Source: Enterobacter phage EspM4VN. Taken from it: 64,000 bases of DNA. Each line of letters opens with the position of its first letter. Positions within the stretch are counted from its first letter, which is position 1. Shown in pieces: positions 1 through 8,886 of this stretch. Both the position numbers and the translations under genes were made by a program. The DNA lies in sequence record LC373201.2, one strand, 5' to 3'. The notes beneath the pieces are model-generated. The model saw only the letters and a program-made list of their open reading frames with translations. It was not told the DNA's origin and did not search any database.

Positions 1-1
1 C

Positions 2-382
2 GTGAAGGACGTTCCTTACGTCCACCCTGACAACCCCAAGGGATTAACCCCACGGCAGATCTGGCTTCATCTCGGCAGCGATACGGGCTTGCGTTATGTG
101 CAGCCCGATCTGTTCCTGGCATTCTTCAAGCGCTTCCAGCTTCCTCTGGTAGAGCAGAACCCTCATGTACATTATATCGTGAGCGATCTGCGTACCCCTC
201 AGGAATATGAATGGGCGCTGAGTACGAAATGTCCTATCACCCGCATTTCAAAGGCCGACCGCGCTGGTATCATAGAGGACGATATAGAGGCTTTCATTGA
301 CAAGATGGAAGTCAACTACGAATTCCTCAATCCATTTGATGGTTGGGCACCGTTCGTTAAATTCTACGGAGAACGTAAATGA
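2..382 (+). CDS. 1: dNMP kinase (T4 gp1-like), C-terminal part; 5' end lies outside the window
   Basis: HYIVSDLRTPQEYEWA aligns with the T4 gp1 C-terminal YYIVPDTRQDHEMDAA block; sits with dCTPase and uvsX. Confidence 0.45.
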   Translation: MKDVPYVHPDNPKGLTPRQIWLHLGSDTGLRYVQPDLFLAFFKRFQLPLVEQNPHVHYIVSDLRTPQEYEWALSTKCPITRISKADRAGIIEDDIEAFIDKMEVNYEFLNPFDGWAPFVKFYGERK

Positions 383-933
383 TCACAGCAGGGCATATCC
401 AAAGCCTGCTCGAACTCCAAAAGGCCACCAATGTGGCCTACTTTGGGGAAGAGTGGAAGAATGTATGGAGTCAGAACGCAGTCGTCAACTCCATCTATCG
501 CGAGTGGGCAGAGTTCCTTGACGAAACCAGCCGCGACTGGAAGGTCTATGGCAATGACATCGGGTTTGACCACACGAATGCGGTCTATGAAATGGTTGAC
601 GTGGTACACTTCATGCTGTGCTTCATCCTTATGGACCGTACCAAAGGCGAGATCGAAGAAGAATTCGAAATCCTCAGTGGCCGCGAATTCACCCCATTTG
701 CTTTGGGTGCTGTTGGGCATCGCGGTGTGACGTATCGCCTTGGGCAGTTCATGAACGAACCTTGTGTCGAGACTCTCATGTTCTTCCTGTCAGCTGCGTG
801 TTCTTACATGGAGATCGATATTGAGACCTACATGCTGGCACACAAACGCAAGAACGATCGCAATCGTCTGCGTGCTGCTGGCGGCGCGGATTACGACAAG
901 TCTGCCGAAACCCCTCTGACCCTGGAGTTCTAA
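379..933 (+). CDS. 56: MazG-type all-alpha dNTP pyrophosphatase (T4 gp56 dCTPase/dUTPase-like)
   Basis: EMVDVVHFMLCFIL matches T4 gp56 ELVDIFHFVLNMFV; acidic EWAEFLDE helix typical of the MazG/dimeric dUTPase fold; ATGA overlap with upstream gene. Confidence 0.5.
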   Translation: MITAGHIQSLLELQKATNVAYFGEEWKNVWSQNAVVNSIYREWAEFLDETSRDWKVYGNDIGFDHTNAVYEMVDVVHFMLCFILMDRTKGEIEEEFEILSGREFTPFALGAVGHRGVTYRLGQFMNEPCVETLMFFLSAACSYMEIDIETYMLAHKRKNDRNRLRAAGGADYDKSAETPLTLEF

Positions 934-1475
934 TGTTTACAGTCGTCGTTTCATACCATGCGGAAAATGCTGCTGATGCATCCGCCAAATTCGCCGAGCA
1001 TATCAGGGGTGGCGGCCACAACGTGTTCATCACCGAATACACCAGGCCTGTTAAACCAGGCGACGGTCTTTCGGCGACTGTGACACACAAGATCACCAGC
1101 AAAGAACCTGAATCTCTGTTCAATAGGATGGAAGAGTATGCGAGCGGCGGGGTGGAGATACCGGATGAACTGGTAGACGTCTACTTCGAAGGCTTGATCT
1201 ATTACATCCACGCCATGCCGAAGGATGTGACCAACGAACAGATGATGTATATCCTGAATATTGCATTGAACGCTGCGTGCATCAACCGCACGAACTACAA
1301 CAATCTGCGCAATATGTACCTAACCGATCGGCACAATGATGCGGGACCAACCGTTGAAATGTTGTCGCTCAGAAGCATTCAAGAAGCAGTCAACATTTTG
1401 TCTAACAAGGTGTTGGGTGTAGAGTTATTAACGACGATTAACAACAAAGAGGAAGTGAAATGGCCAGTTCATTAA
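933..1475 (+). CDS. hypothetical protein
   Basis: 180-aa ORF, start overlaps upstream stop, same codon usage as neighbours. Confidence 0.35.
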   Translation: MFTVVVSYHAENAADASAKFAEHIRGGGHNVFITEYTRPVKPGDGLSATVTHKITSKEPESLFNRMEEYASGGVEIPDELVDVYFEGLIYYIHAMPKDVTNEQMMYILNIALNAACINRTNYNNLRNMYLTDRHNDAGPTVEMLSLRSIQEAVNILSNKVLGVELLTTINNKEEVKWPVH

Positions 1476-2551
1476 TGGAACGCATGTTGAAGACTGCGAA
1501 GAAGCATTCTCCTGAAGCAGAAGTCTTGAGCAAGACAACGCTGCTGGACAAACAGGTGATTGCATCCACTGGTATCCCTCTGCTGAATATCGCCTGGACA
1601 GGTCGCCCTGATGGTGGTATTCATTCCGGCTCAAAACAGTTGGTTGGGGATTCGCGTACATTCAAGACCATGTTTGGGTTGGTTGACGTAAAGGCATATC
1701 TGGACACGTACGATGACGCGATCTGTGTGTTCGGTGACTCTGAGTTCGGTGCCAACCAGAAGTATTGGGACGCCATGGGCATCGATATGAATCGTGTGGT
1801 TCACGTGCCGATTGTATCGGTAGAGAACATGCAGATCGTGTTCATGCAGATGTTGAACGATACCCAGCGCGGCGAGCACATTATCTTCTTTATTGACTCC
1901 ATCAGCCAGTTACCTTCCACCAAAGAAGTCAATGATGCGATTAAAGGCGAAGACAAGCAAGACATGACCCGCGCTCGTGCCCTCAATAGCTTCTGGCGCA
2001 CCGTTACCGTTCAGCTCAACATGAAGAACCTGCTCATGGTATGGATCAACTCCTACTATGACGAGATCGGTAATGACTATGCCGAGCCTAACCTGAAAGG
2101 TGGTAAGCAGGGCTTCCTGTCCTGTGATCTGATCTGGTTCATCACTCGTCGCCAAGTTAAAGAAGAAGGCGACAAAGAAATCCGTGGTTGGCAATTCGTG
2201 ATCAATATCATGAAAGGTCGTCACGTTAAAGAGAAGGCTAAATTCCCTGTGACGGTGCTGTATGAAGGTGGTATTGACCGCTGGAGTGGTCTGCTTGAGA
2301 TCGCTCGCGCTCTGGGTTATGTAGAGTTGGTGAGCGGCTCTTGGTACCAGCGCACTGCCAAGGGTGGTTTCAACCAAGAGAAGGAAACCAAGCTGCGTAA
2401 AAGTCAGCTGGGCGAAGACTTCTGGTATCCCTTGCTGGAGAACCCGCAGTTCTGTGATGACATTCACGCCATGTGTGGCATTTCCACTGGTCCGGTGATG
2501 CCTGCTGACATGTTGGAGAAATTCGACAATGTTATCAAATCATCCGAGTAA
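1460..2551 (+). CDS. uvsX: UvsX RecA-like recombinase
   Basis: Alignable along its length with T4 UvsX (TGIPLLNIAW.GG.SGSKQ, FIDSISQL, DMTRARAL, QFVINIMKGRHVKEKAKF blocks). Confidence 0.9.
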   Translation: MASSLMERMLKTAKKHSPEAEVLSKTTLLDKQVIASTGIPLLNIAWTGRPDGGIHSGSKQLVGDSRTFKTMFGLVDVKAYLDTYDDAICVFGDSEFGANQKYWDAMGIDMNRVVHVPIVSVENMQIVFMQMLNDTQRGEHIIFFIDSISQLPSTKEVNDAIKGEDKQDMTRARALNSFWRTVTVQLNMKNLLMVWINSYYDEIGNDYAEPNLKGGKQGFLSCDLIWFITRRQVKEEGDKEIRGWQFVINIMKGRHVKEKAKFPVTVLYEGGIDRWSGLLEIARALGYVELVSGSWYQRTAKGGFNQEKETKLRKSQLGEDFWYPLLENPQFCDDIHAMCGISTGPVMPADMLEKFDNVIKSSE

Positions 2552-2858
2552 CAATGGAGGGGGAGGTAACTCCCCCAATAACTACACACTCATCGACCTT
2601 GGTGCTGATCAGCTGGCGATTGTCAAGATCACTTCTGGCAAATTCCGTGGTGTTCAGTTTAGGTTCGGCAAGGTTGCCATCAACGAAGTGGACGGCGAAC
2701 CCCGCCTGTCTTTCGTGACCGATATACTGAAGAAGCCACTGCGTCTGATGTTTGTGAATTTGAAAGAAAATGGCTTGTTCACTGAGGTGACAGGGGATAT
2801 CCTTGTAACCCTCATGCAGCGTAATGCTCAGGAATACAATAAATTTTTGGTGGGGTAG
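2529..2858 (+). CDS. small hypothetical protein in the position of T4 gene 40
   Basis: 109-aa ORF between uvsX and the gp41 homolog; no recognisable motif; start uncertain. Confidence 0.3.
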   Translation: MLSNHPSNNGGGGNSPNNYTLIDLGADQLAIVKITSGKFRGVQFRFGKVAINEVDGEPRLSFVTDILKKPLRLMFVNLKENGLFTEVTGDILVTLMQRNAQEYNKFLVG

Positions 2859-4292
2859 TTGCCAATGTTACTCGAATCTGTCGTGCTTTCACAGTTGATT
2901 TACAATGAGCAGTACCAAAGAAAGATCCAGCCGTACCTGAAAGCCGATTATTTTGACAACGAAGGCGAAAAGGTCATCTTCGGCCTGATTGACAGTTACA
3001 CCTCAGAGTACAATGCGCGCCCGTCTATCGAAGCGCTGTCGATCATCCTTGAGCGCACCAAACTGAACGAACATGTGTTTGAGCAGTCTATTGCGGCGCT
3101 TGAGAACATCAACGACAACACCTTCAACGAAGAGTGGTTGGTCAAAGAAACAGAGGCATGGGCGCGTCAAAAGGCTGTACACAACGCGATTAAGACTGCC
3201 GTTAACATCTATGGTGACGAGAAACGCAAGGATGAGATGAACAACATCCCGACCTTGCTGCAGGAAGCCCTGGCGATACAGTTCGATTCGTATCTTGGCC
3301 ATATCTACTGGGAAATGGCTGAGCAGCAGTACGACCACATGAACTCCAACGAAGCCAAGATCCCGTTCGCGGTTGAGATATTCAACAAGGCCACCCGTGG
3401 TGGTGTTGGTAAGAAGACCCTGAACATCGTCACAGGTGCGATCAACGCAGGTAAGACAACAACGCTGATTGATCTGGCAGGTGGTTACTCTGAGCAGGGG
3501 CTGAACGTCTTTGTATTCACCCTCGAAGTGGCCGAGAACGTCTGGCGTCACCGCCTTGATGCCCGTATGATGCGTCGTGACTTTGAGTCCTTAGAGAAGC
3601 TCCCAAGGCACGAATACATCGCCACGATAGAGAAGCTCCGCAGTCGTCAAGATGGCGCACCCAAGGGCGATATCGTCATCAAGGAATATCCGTCTGGCGC
3701 TGGGCACACAGGTTTATTCCGTCGCGACATCCTTGAGTACATCCAAGCAACAGGCCGCGCCCCTGACGTCATCATCATTGACTACCTTGGTGAAGCTGCT
3801 TCCTCGCGCCTACCTGCTCATCTGATGCAGAACACGAACGTCTATTACACGTCTGTGGCTCGTGAGTTCCGTGCGCTGGGATTTGAGTTTGATGTTCCTG
3901 TATGGACGGGTATGCAGTTCAACCGTGAGACTCAGAACAGCACTGACGGGGGCATCAGTGATCTGGCGGATGCTATCGGTATCCCGAAGGTGGCGGATTT
4001 CATCATGGCGTTCTATGCTCCTGACGAACTGGCGGCGGTCAAGAAAGCCCGAGCCTCAATCCTCAAGAACCGTTATGCCAACAAACAGAAGCTCAAGTCG
4101 TTCCTGTTTGGTATGGACCAAGACAAACAGATCCTGTTTGACCTGGACTGGAATGAGGTGAAGAAGGATCTGTCCGAGGCCGAGGCGAAGTATGTTGAGA
4201 ACGTACACATCAAACATGATCTCAACAAGTCAGGTTCGGCGACGAGCGATGAGCAGAAAGCCCAGACCGTTAATTCTTGGAATTTCGGTTAA
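2859..4292 (+). CDS. 41: DnaB-like replicative DNA helicase (T4 gp41)
   Basis: Walker A GAINAGKTT, DnaB-family architecture, syntenic with uvsX as in T4. Confidence 0.9.
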   Translation: MPMLLESVVLSQLIYNEQYQRKIQPYLKADYFDNEGEKVIFGLIDSYTSEYNARPSIEALSIILERTKLNEHVFEQSIAALENINDNTFNEEWLVKETEAWARQKAVHNAIKTAVNIYGDEKRKDEMNNIPTLLQEALAIQFDSYLGHIYWEMAEQQYDHMNSNEAKIPFAVEIFNKATRGGVGKKTLNIVTGAINAGKTTTLIDLAGGYSEQGLNVFVFTLEVAENVWRHRLDARMMRRDFESLEKLPRHEYIATIEKLRSRQDGAPKGDIVIKEYPSGAGHTGLFRRDILEYIQATGRAPDVIIIDYLGEAASSRLPAHLMQNTNVYYTSVAREFRALGFEFDVPVWTGMQFNRETQNSTDGGISDLADAIGIPKVADFIMAFYAPDELAAVKKARASILKNRYANKQKLKSFLFGMDQDKQILFDLDWNEVKKDLSEAEAKYVENVHIKHDLNKSGSATSDEQKAQTVNSWNFG

Positions 4293-4333
4293 ATTCAATA
4301 TCGTGGGTCATAGGGTATAATTCTATGATCTGA

Positions 4334-4690
4334 ATGTTAAACCAGGAGCACATCATGTTACACAATGATTTTATGGCTGGCCTGGTGCAGGCCGCCAAAC
4401 AGGTGTGCCACACCAAACAAACGATTGAACTGAGTCCGGAGCAGACTCTGGAGTTCTTTAACAATCGTAAAATCTGGGAGGAATATGGTATTGGCATGAT
4501 CTGCCAAGAGGGTGAACTCGTACAGCTGGATCTGCCGTCATTCCCCCTTCCAGTGCGCACCAACACAGTGGAATGGTATACGACGGAAGATGGTGTCGAG
4601 ATCATCCCGAAGTTCCAGTATCACTCAATCGTAAACTTCTTTTTACGCCGTTGCGGGACTAACCTGATCCCACAAGGCATGAGATCTTAA
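4334..4690 (+). CDS. hypothetical protein
   Basis: 118-aa ORF with RBS-like AGGAG upstream. Confidence 0.35.
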   Translation: MLNQEHIMLHNDFMAGLVQAAKQVCHTKQTIELSPEQTLEFFNNRKIWEEYGIGMICQEGELVQLDLPSFPLPVRTNTVEWYTTEDGVEIIPKFQYHSIVNFFLRRCGTNLIPQGMRS

Positions 4691-4705
4691 CAAGAGGAAC
4701 ACCAA

Positions 4706-5020
4706 ATGTCTGTAGAACAAATCGGCTTTTATGCACTGCCGTCTGATCCTGAAACCCGTCGCAAGCTGATGGGCGCTATCGAAAACTGTCGCGCCGCTTC
4801 AGTTCGCATCAAGTCGGAGCAGACCTTTATCACTGAGACCCTGGCCGAGCTGGCGAAGGAAACGGGCATCAAGGCCGCCGACCTGCGCAAGGTTGTGACT
4901 GACCGCGCCAACGGCACCTACGCCAAGACGATCGAAACGAGCGAGAAGTATCAGGACCTCTACGAGTCCCTGTTCCCGAACGCCAAGCCTGATCGCGACC
5001 CAAATACAGACGCTGAATAA
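4706..5020 (+). CDS. hypothetical small acidic protein
   Basis: 104-aa ORF, GAGGAAC RBS, followed by a terminator. Confidence 0.4.
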   Translation: MSVEQIGFYALPSDPETRRKLMGAIENCRAASVRIKSEQTFITETLAELAKETGIKAADLRKVVTDRANGTYAKTIETSEKYQDLYESLFPNAKPDRDPNTDAE

Positions 5021-5038
5021 GTCAGCCGAACACCAAGA

Positions 5039-5064
5039 AGCCCAGTCAAGTACTGGGCTTTTTA
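5039..5064 (+). terminator. rho-independent terminator
   Basis: AGCCCAGT-caagt-ACTGGGCT hairpin followed by TTTTT. Confidence 0.7.
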
Positions 5065-5075
5065 ATTTCAATAAC

Positions 5076-5104
5076 TTTACTTTCAAGAATTAAGCGCCTA
5101 TCAT
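5076..5104 (+). promoter_or_regulatory. sigma70/T4-early-like promoter
   Basis: TTTACT, 17-bp spacer, TATCAT, directly downstream of the terminator and upstream of the 409-aa gene. Confidence 0.4.
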
Positions 5105-5135
5105 TTAATCTCTATTGAAGAGTTACAACTACATC

Positions 5136-6344
5136 ATGAGGCTGGAAATGAACGCCAAAACATTCAACATTCCGATCGACAATGAAGGGCTGGTAGTTGA
5201 GCGACTGAAGAAGCTCGAGCGCACTGCCGAAAGGCTGGGTGTCCCGTTCCCGACTGTGACTTATGGTGAACCCTTCAAGACCCACACCCGCGACACCACT
5301 GGTGAGATCCTTACTCACTGGTGGAAACCCGTCACCCTCGAAGGCGAAGGTATTGACCGCCCCGTTTCTTACGGTGGGTGGAAGATCATCGGACAGTTCA
5401 ATCACGAATACCCGAAGGTCATTCTTAACCGCCTGTCCGACAATATCAACGCTGACTTCATCCGTCGCTTCGAGACAGAGAACGTTTCTTGGTGCCAGCA
5501 TTGCAACCTGCTCATCAATCGCAAGAACACATATGTGATTGAAAACGAGGAAACGCATGCCCAGATGCTGATCGGTAGCACCTGCATGCATCATTATGTG
5601 CCTCATCAGAAGTCCCTCGACGCGATCATGTCTTACTATCTGGGGATCCAGGAATTCTTCATGCCGGACGAGGATGATCCAGAGGGTATCTACCGTGTCC
5701 GCAGTGAGCGCTTCGCCGACACCCACAATTACCTGCGCACATGCTTCCAGGTGATGCTGGCTGGCGTGGATATCAAGTCTGAACTGTTTGACAAAGTCTT
5801 GGGCTATGTCAGGTCTTACCAGAAACCAAAAGCAGGTTCCGATGAAGAGCATTTCGTAATCAAGGCGCACGAATACCGTGAAGACGCCGAGTCAGAAATG
5901 TACCATATGATGCTCTTCATCAGTGCGCTGTCTGAATCCAACGAGTTCAATGTTCGCCTGAAACGCATGTGTGAACCTGGCTATCACCTCATCAAGGATT
6001 CCAACACAGTCCGCTGGGGTGCCAAGAAGTATTACGACTACATTCACCGTCCTCGCACTGTCCGTAGAGGCGCGGAGAACAAGTGGGTGGCAGAAGTCGG
6101 CGAAATGCTGGAAGTGCAGGTCAGGTTTGACAAGCGCACCTTCCTCTTCTCCAACGAATACGGTGACAGCTATCTGTTCACTTTCAAAACAGCAGAAGGT
6201 AATACGATTACCTGGAAGACCTCGTATATGGATACAGAGTTCCTGCAGGGCGATATGATCATCCGTGGCCGTGTCAAAGAACTGACTGAGTACAACGGTG
6301 TTAAACAAACTCAGGTCACCCGAGCCAAATTGAGGAAGTTATGA
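5136..6344 (+). CDS. uncharacterised Zn-binding protein with C-terminal OB-fold-like domain, occupying the T4 primase (gp61) position
   Basis: CQHC(x24)CMHH cysteine/histidine cluster; beta-rich C-terminus LEVQVRFDKRTFLFSNEYGDSYLFTFK; no TOPRIM DxD found; ORF track starts at a TTG at 5115, ATG at 5136 more likely. Confidence 0.5.
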   Translation: MRLEMNAKTFNIPIDNEGLVVERLKKLERTAERLGVPFPTVTYGEPFKTHTRDTTGEILTHWWKPVTLEGEGIDRPVSYGGWKIIGQFNHEYPKVILNRLSDNINADFIRRFETENVSWCQHCNLLINRKNTYVIENEETHAQMLIGSTCMHHYVPHQKSLDAIMSYYLGIQEFFMPDEDDPEGIYRVRSERFADTHNYLRTCFQVMLAGVDIKSELFDKVLGYVRSYQKPKAGSDEEHFVIKAHEYREDAESEMYHMMLFISALSESNEFNVRLKRMCEPGYHLIKDSNTVRWGAKKYYDYIHRPRTVRRGAENKWVAEVGEMLEVQVRFDKRTFLFSNEYGDSYLFTFKTAEGNTITWKTSYMDTEFLQGDMIIRGRVKELTEYNGVKQTQVTRAKLRKL

Positions 6345-6457
6345 AACTGATTGAGTTCGTACTGAAATCCATCGCCTTTGGCCTCGTGGTATGCGGGGCA
6401 TTGGTGGCGCTGCTCGTTCTGCTGGCGTTGGCAGATCGAATTAAGAGGAGATAGAGA
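6341..6457 (+). CDS. 38-aa single-TM membrane peptide
   Basis: ATGA overlap with upstream stop; hydrophobic core FVLKSIAFGLVVCGALVALLVLLALA. Confidence 0.25.
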
Positions 6458-6657
6458 TGAAACGTGAAATCATGGATGTGTACGAGCCTGGTTCTTGTTG
6501 TCCTGGCCATGACAAGTATCCATCCGATGCTTACAAGAATCGGCGTTCCAAAGCACAGCGCTCCAAGAGTATTAAGAAGGAGCACCGCCACGCTCGTCGT
6601 GTCAAGCGTCTGGGGTTGAAAGCTGACCTGAATACCATTACACGGGAGGACTTTTGA
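6457..6657 (+). CDS. small basic Cys/His protein
   Basis: 66 aa, CCPGH plus Arg/Lys-rich tail. Confidence 0.3.
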   Translation: MKREIMDVYEPGSCCPGHDKYPSDAYKNRRSKAQRSKSIKKEHRHARRVKRLGLKADLNTITREDF

Positions 6658-6869
6658 TGGAATGTTCATGCGGAGGGCAGGGCACAAGTGCTTACATGCC
6701 ATTTACCACTGTGAAGGAAGCCGAAGCCGCCGGATTTGCCGTAAGCAAGGCTCCATGCGTAATCGCCACGAAGGACTGCCCGTGCTGTAAGAGGCACTCT
6801 CAGGACGTCTTCTACGCCCCTGATGCCCGTCCGGCTACGGTCAACCTGCTTTCACTGATGAGGAAGTGA
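6654..6869 (+). CDS. small Cys-rich protein
   Basis: CSCGG ... CPCC motifs, 71 aa. Confidence 0.3.
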   Translation: MMECSCGGQGTSAYMPFTTVKEAEAAGFAVSKAPCVIATKDCPCCKRHSQDVFYAPDARPATVNLLSLMRK

Positions 6870-6870
6870 C

Positions 6871-7218
6871 ATGCGCGAGTATTTCAATTGGTTGCTGGGC
6901 AAGCCCCTGAGCGCCGAAATCCGTTGTCTGGTAGATGCTATCGACGCTGATGACGTTGAATGGAATGGCGAGCGCTTCGTCGGGATTGATGCTGTGATTT
7001 ACAACGGTGTTAGAGTGTATGCCTACACAGTCAACAGTTGTTCAGGTTATACTGTCGATATCGGTTTCCGTTCTGATTGTCTGCCTCGCCATGAAGCCAA
7101 GGCTGTGTACAGAGCCCTCGTCCGACATCATAAGCGCCGGATTAATCGCACAGAGACTCAGACCGAAATTAAAAATCGTGAAGAAGTCCGCAAGGCTCTG
7201 GGATTCCATAACAAATAA
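6871..7218 (+). CDS. hypothetical protein
   Basis: 115-aa ORF, tightly packed with neighbours. Confidence 0.35.
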   Translation: MREYFNWLLGKPLSAEIRCLVDAIDADDVEWNGERFVGIDAVIYNGVRVYAYTVNSCSGYTVDIGFRSDCLPRHEAKAVYRALVRHHKRRINRTETQTEIKNREEVRKALGFHNK

Positions 7219-7277
7219 TTCAATAAACGATTTACCCATATAATACATGGGAACTTACACAAACGAGGATTACACTA

Positions 7278-7886
7278 ATGTCACTGAAAAACTTACTGAA
7301 ACGCATCTTCACCACTGTTGAAGCCAACGTCACCACAGGTCTGGATAAACTGACCGACACCGAAAAGCGCCTGAACCTGGCTGCTCGCAAGCTGTCTGAC
7401 GAAATCCGTCGCCTGGAAGAAGCCCGTGTCACCAACGTTCGCAACGGTGTCAAGCTGAAGAAGACCGCCGAAGAGAACCTGGGTGAAGCTGCCAAGCGTG
7501 AACAGGTTCTGAAGGACGCTATCGCCCGTGGTGCAACCCCCGCTCGTGCAGAAGCCCTGATCGTCCTGCACCGCCGTCGTATCGGTGAAGCCCTGTTGGC
7601 TCAGGTGAAGGGCATCGAAGCGAGCAGCGACAAACTGAACGGCGCGATCATCCAGCTGGGCGACAAACTAGACGAAGTGAAGTCTAACCTCGAGCTGGTT
7701 CGTGTTCAGAAAGAGACCAACGACCTGGGTCTGGTGCTTCCTGAAGATATCGATTATGCCGCTGGTATGACCACCATCGATATCGATGCCATCCTGCGTG
7801 AAACCGAAATCGCTGATTCGAGCTACTCCGCCAACAGCCCGTCGTCTATCGAAGCTGACAACTACCTCGCCAGCCTGAGCAAATAA
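7278..7886 (+). CDS. PspA/IM30 (Vipp1) family coiled-coil protein
   Basis: N-terminus LKRIFTTVEANVTTGLDKLTDTEKRLNLAARKLSDEI parallels E. coli PspA [37 protein letters not shown]; about 150 aa of heptad coiled coil; extreme optimal-codon bias (ctg, cgt, gaa, aaa); GAGGA RBS. Confidence 0.6.
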   Translation: MSLKNLLKRIFTTVEANVTTGLDKLTDTEKRLNLAARKLSDEIRRLEEARVTNVRNGVKLKKTAEENLGEAAKREQVLKDAIARGATPARAEALIVLHRRRIGEALLAQVKGIEASSDKLNGAIIQLGDKLDEVKSNLELVRVQKETNDLGLVLPEDIDYAAGMTTIDIDAILRETEIADSSYSANSPSSIEADNYLASLSK

Positions 7887-7888
7887 CA

Positions 7889-8470
7889 TTGGAGGGGCAT
7901 AAGCCCCTCTATCACTTCGGGGATCTTATGATCATTCTTGACAAATACGACATCCTCGCGTACACCATACAAGCCATGGTAACGATCGGTACGATCCACT
8001 TTACCCTGAAATTTTTGCGTAGAAGAAAACGGAAATTCATATCCTACCGCAATCGCGTGGACATCCACACAATAATGCTGGATAGAACTTGCAAACACGG
8101 TCCCAGCGGTGACTTCCGTTTGTATTATGTGTCGGATGAAGTCACCCCTTCGGAATTCTTCAATTATGCGATGACTGGTTTGCGTTGGCCGGAGATAAAT
8201 GGCGTTGTTCAGAAAAACGATTACGTGTACGCGAATATGTCCTCTCTGAACAAGCATGGGGAACGTGACGATCTGCGGATGTGGTTCTTTGGAAGAGAGG
8301 AACAAAAAGGGTTCGTAAAAGAACTTGCTCTATTTCTTGAAGCATATGAAAGGGCTGGCTGCCCAGCGCTCGAGTTAGAAGAAACAGTGGAATCTATCGT
8401 GGCTCGCGCCCGTGGTGAAACCGTGGATCTACTGAACAAATATGGGTTTGTTTGGGCGGAGGGTTCATAA
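7889..8470 (+). CDS. hypothetical protein (AT-rich island)
   Basis: 193-aa ORF whose codon usage is clearly more AT-rich than flanking genes. Confidence 0.4.
   Translation: MEGHKPLYHFGDLMIILDKYDILAYTIQAMVTIGTIHFTLKFLRRRKRKFISYRNRVDIHTIMLDRTCKHGPSGDFRLYYVSDEVTPSEFFNYAMTGLRWPEINGVVQKNDYVYANMSSLNKHGERDDLRMWFFGREEQKGFVKELALFLEAYERAGCPALELEETVESIVARARGETVDLLNKYGFVWAEGS
7893..7910 (+). terminator. stem-loop terminator after the PspA-like gene
   Basis: GAGGGGC-ataa-GCCCCTC hairpin; weak U tract. Confidence 0.45.
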
Positions 8471-8886
8471 TGGAAGACTTCAAATTGATTTTGGCATTTG
8501 TTGGAGCATTTGGTATCGTTTCGGTGGTGATCAACGCAGAAAGGCTGGACGAAAAATTTCATGAATGGCGTAAGGAACGCAAGCATGTCAGGGAATTGGA
8601 CCGACTTCCGCATGTTGACCTCATCGTACATAATGCTAGGAGGAGACAGAAATGACTTTCATTGAGATGGTGATGGCTGCTGGGATGACAGCAGGGGCAT
8701 TGGTTGGCATAGCCCTGCTGTTCTTCTTGTTCTTCTACATTGGTGTCCAATCATTAATACCCAAGAAGAAACATCACCCAAAGAACGTCGACATCATTGT
8801 CAGCCAAGCAAAATCCCGCGCCCGACAATAATCTATTGAAGTCTCTGGGGTTATAATAGCAGCACATATAACCCTGGAGGCACCAC

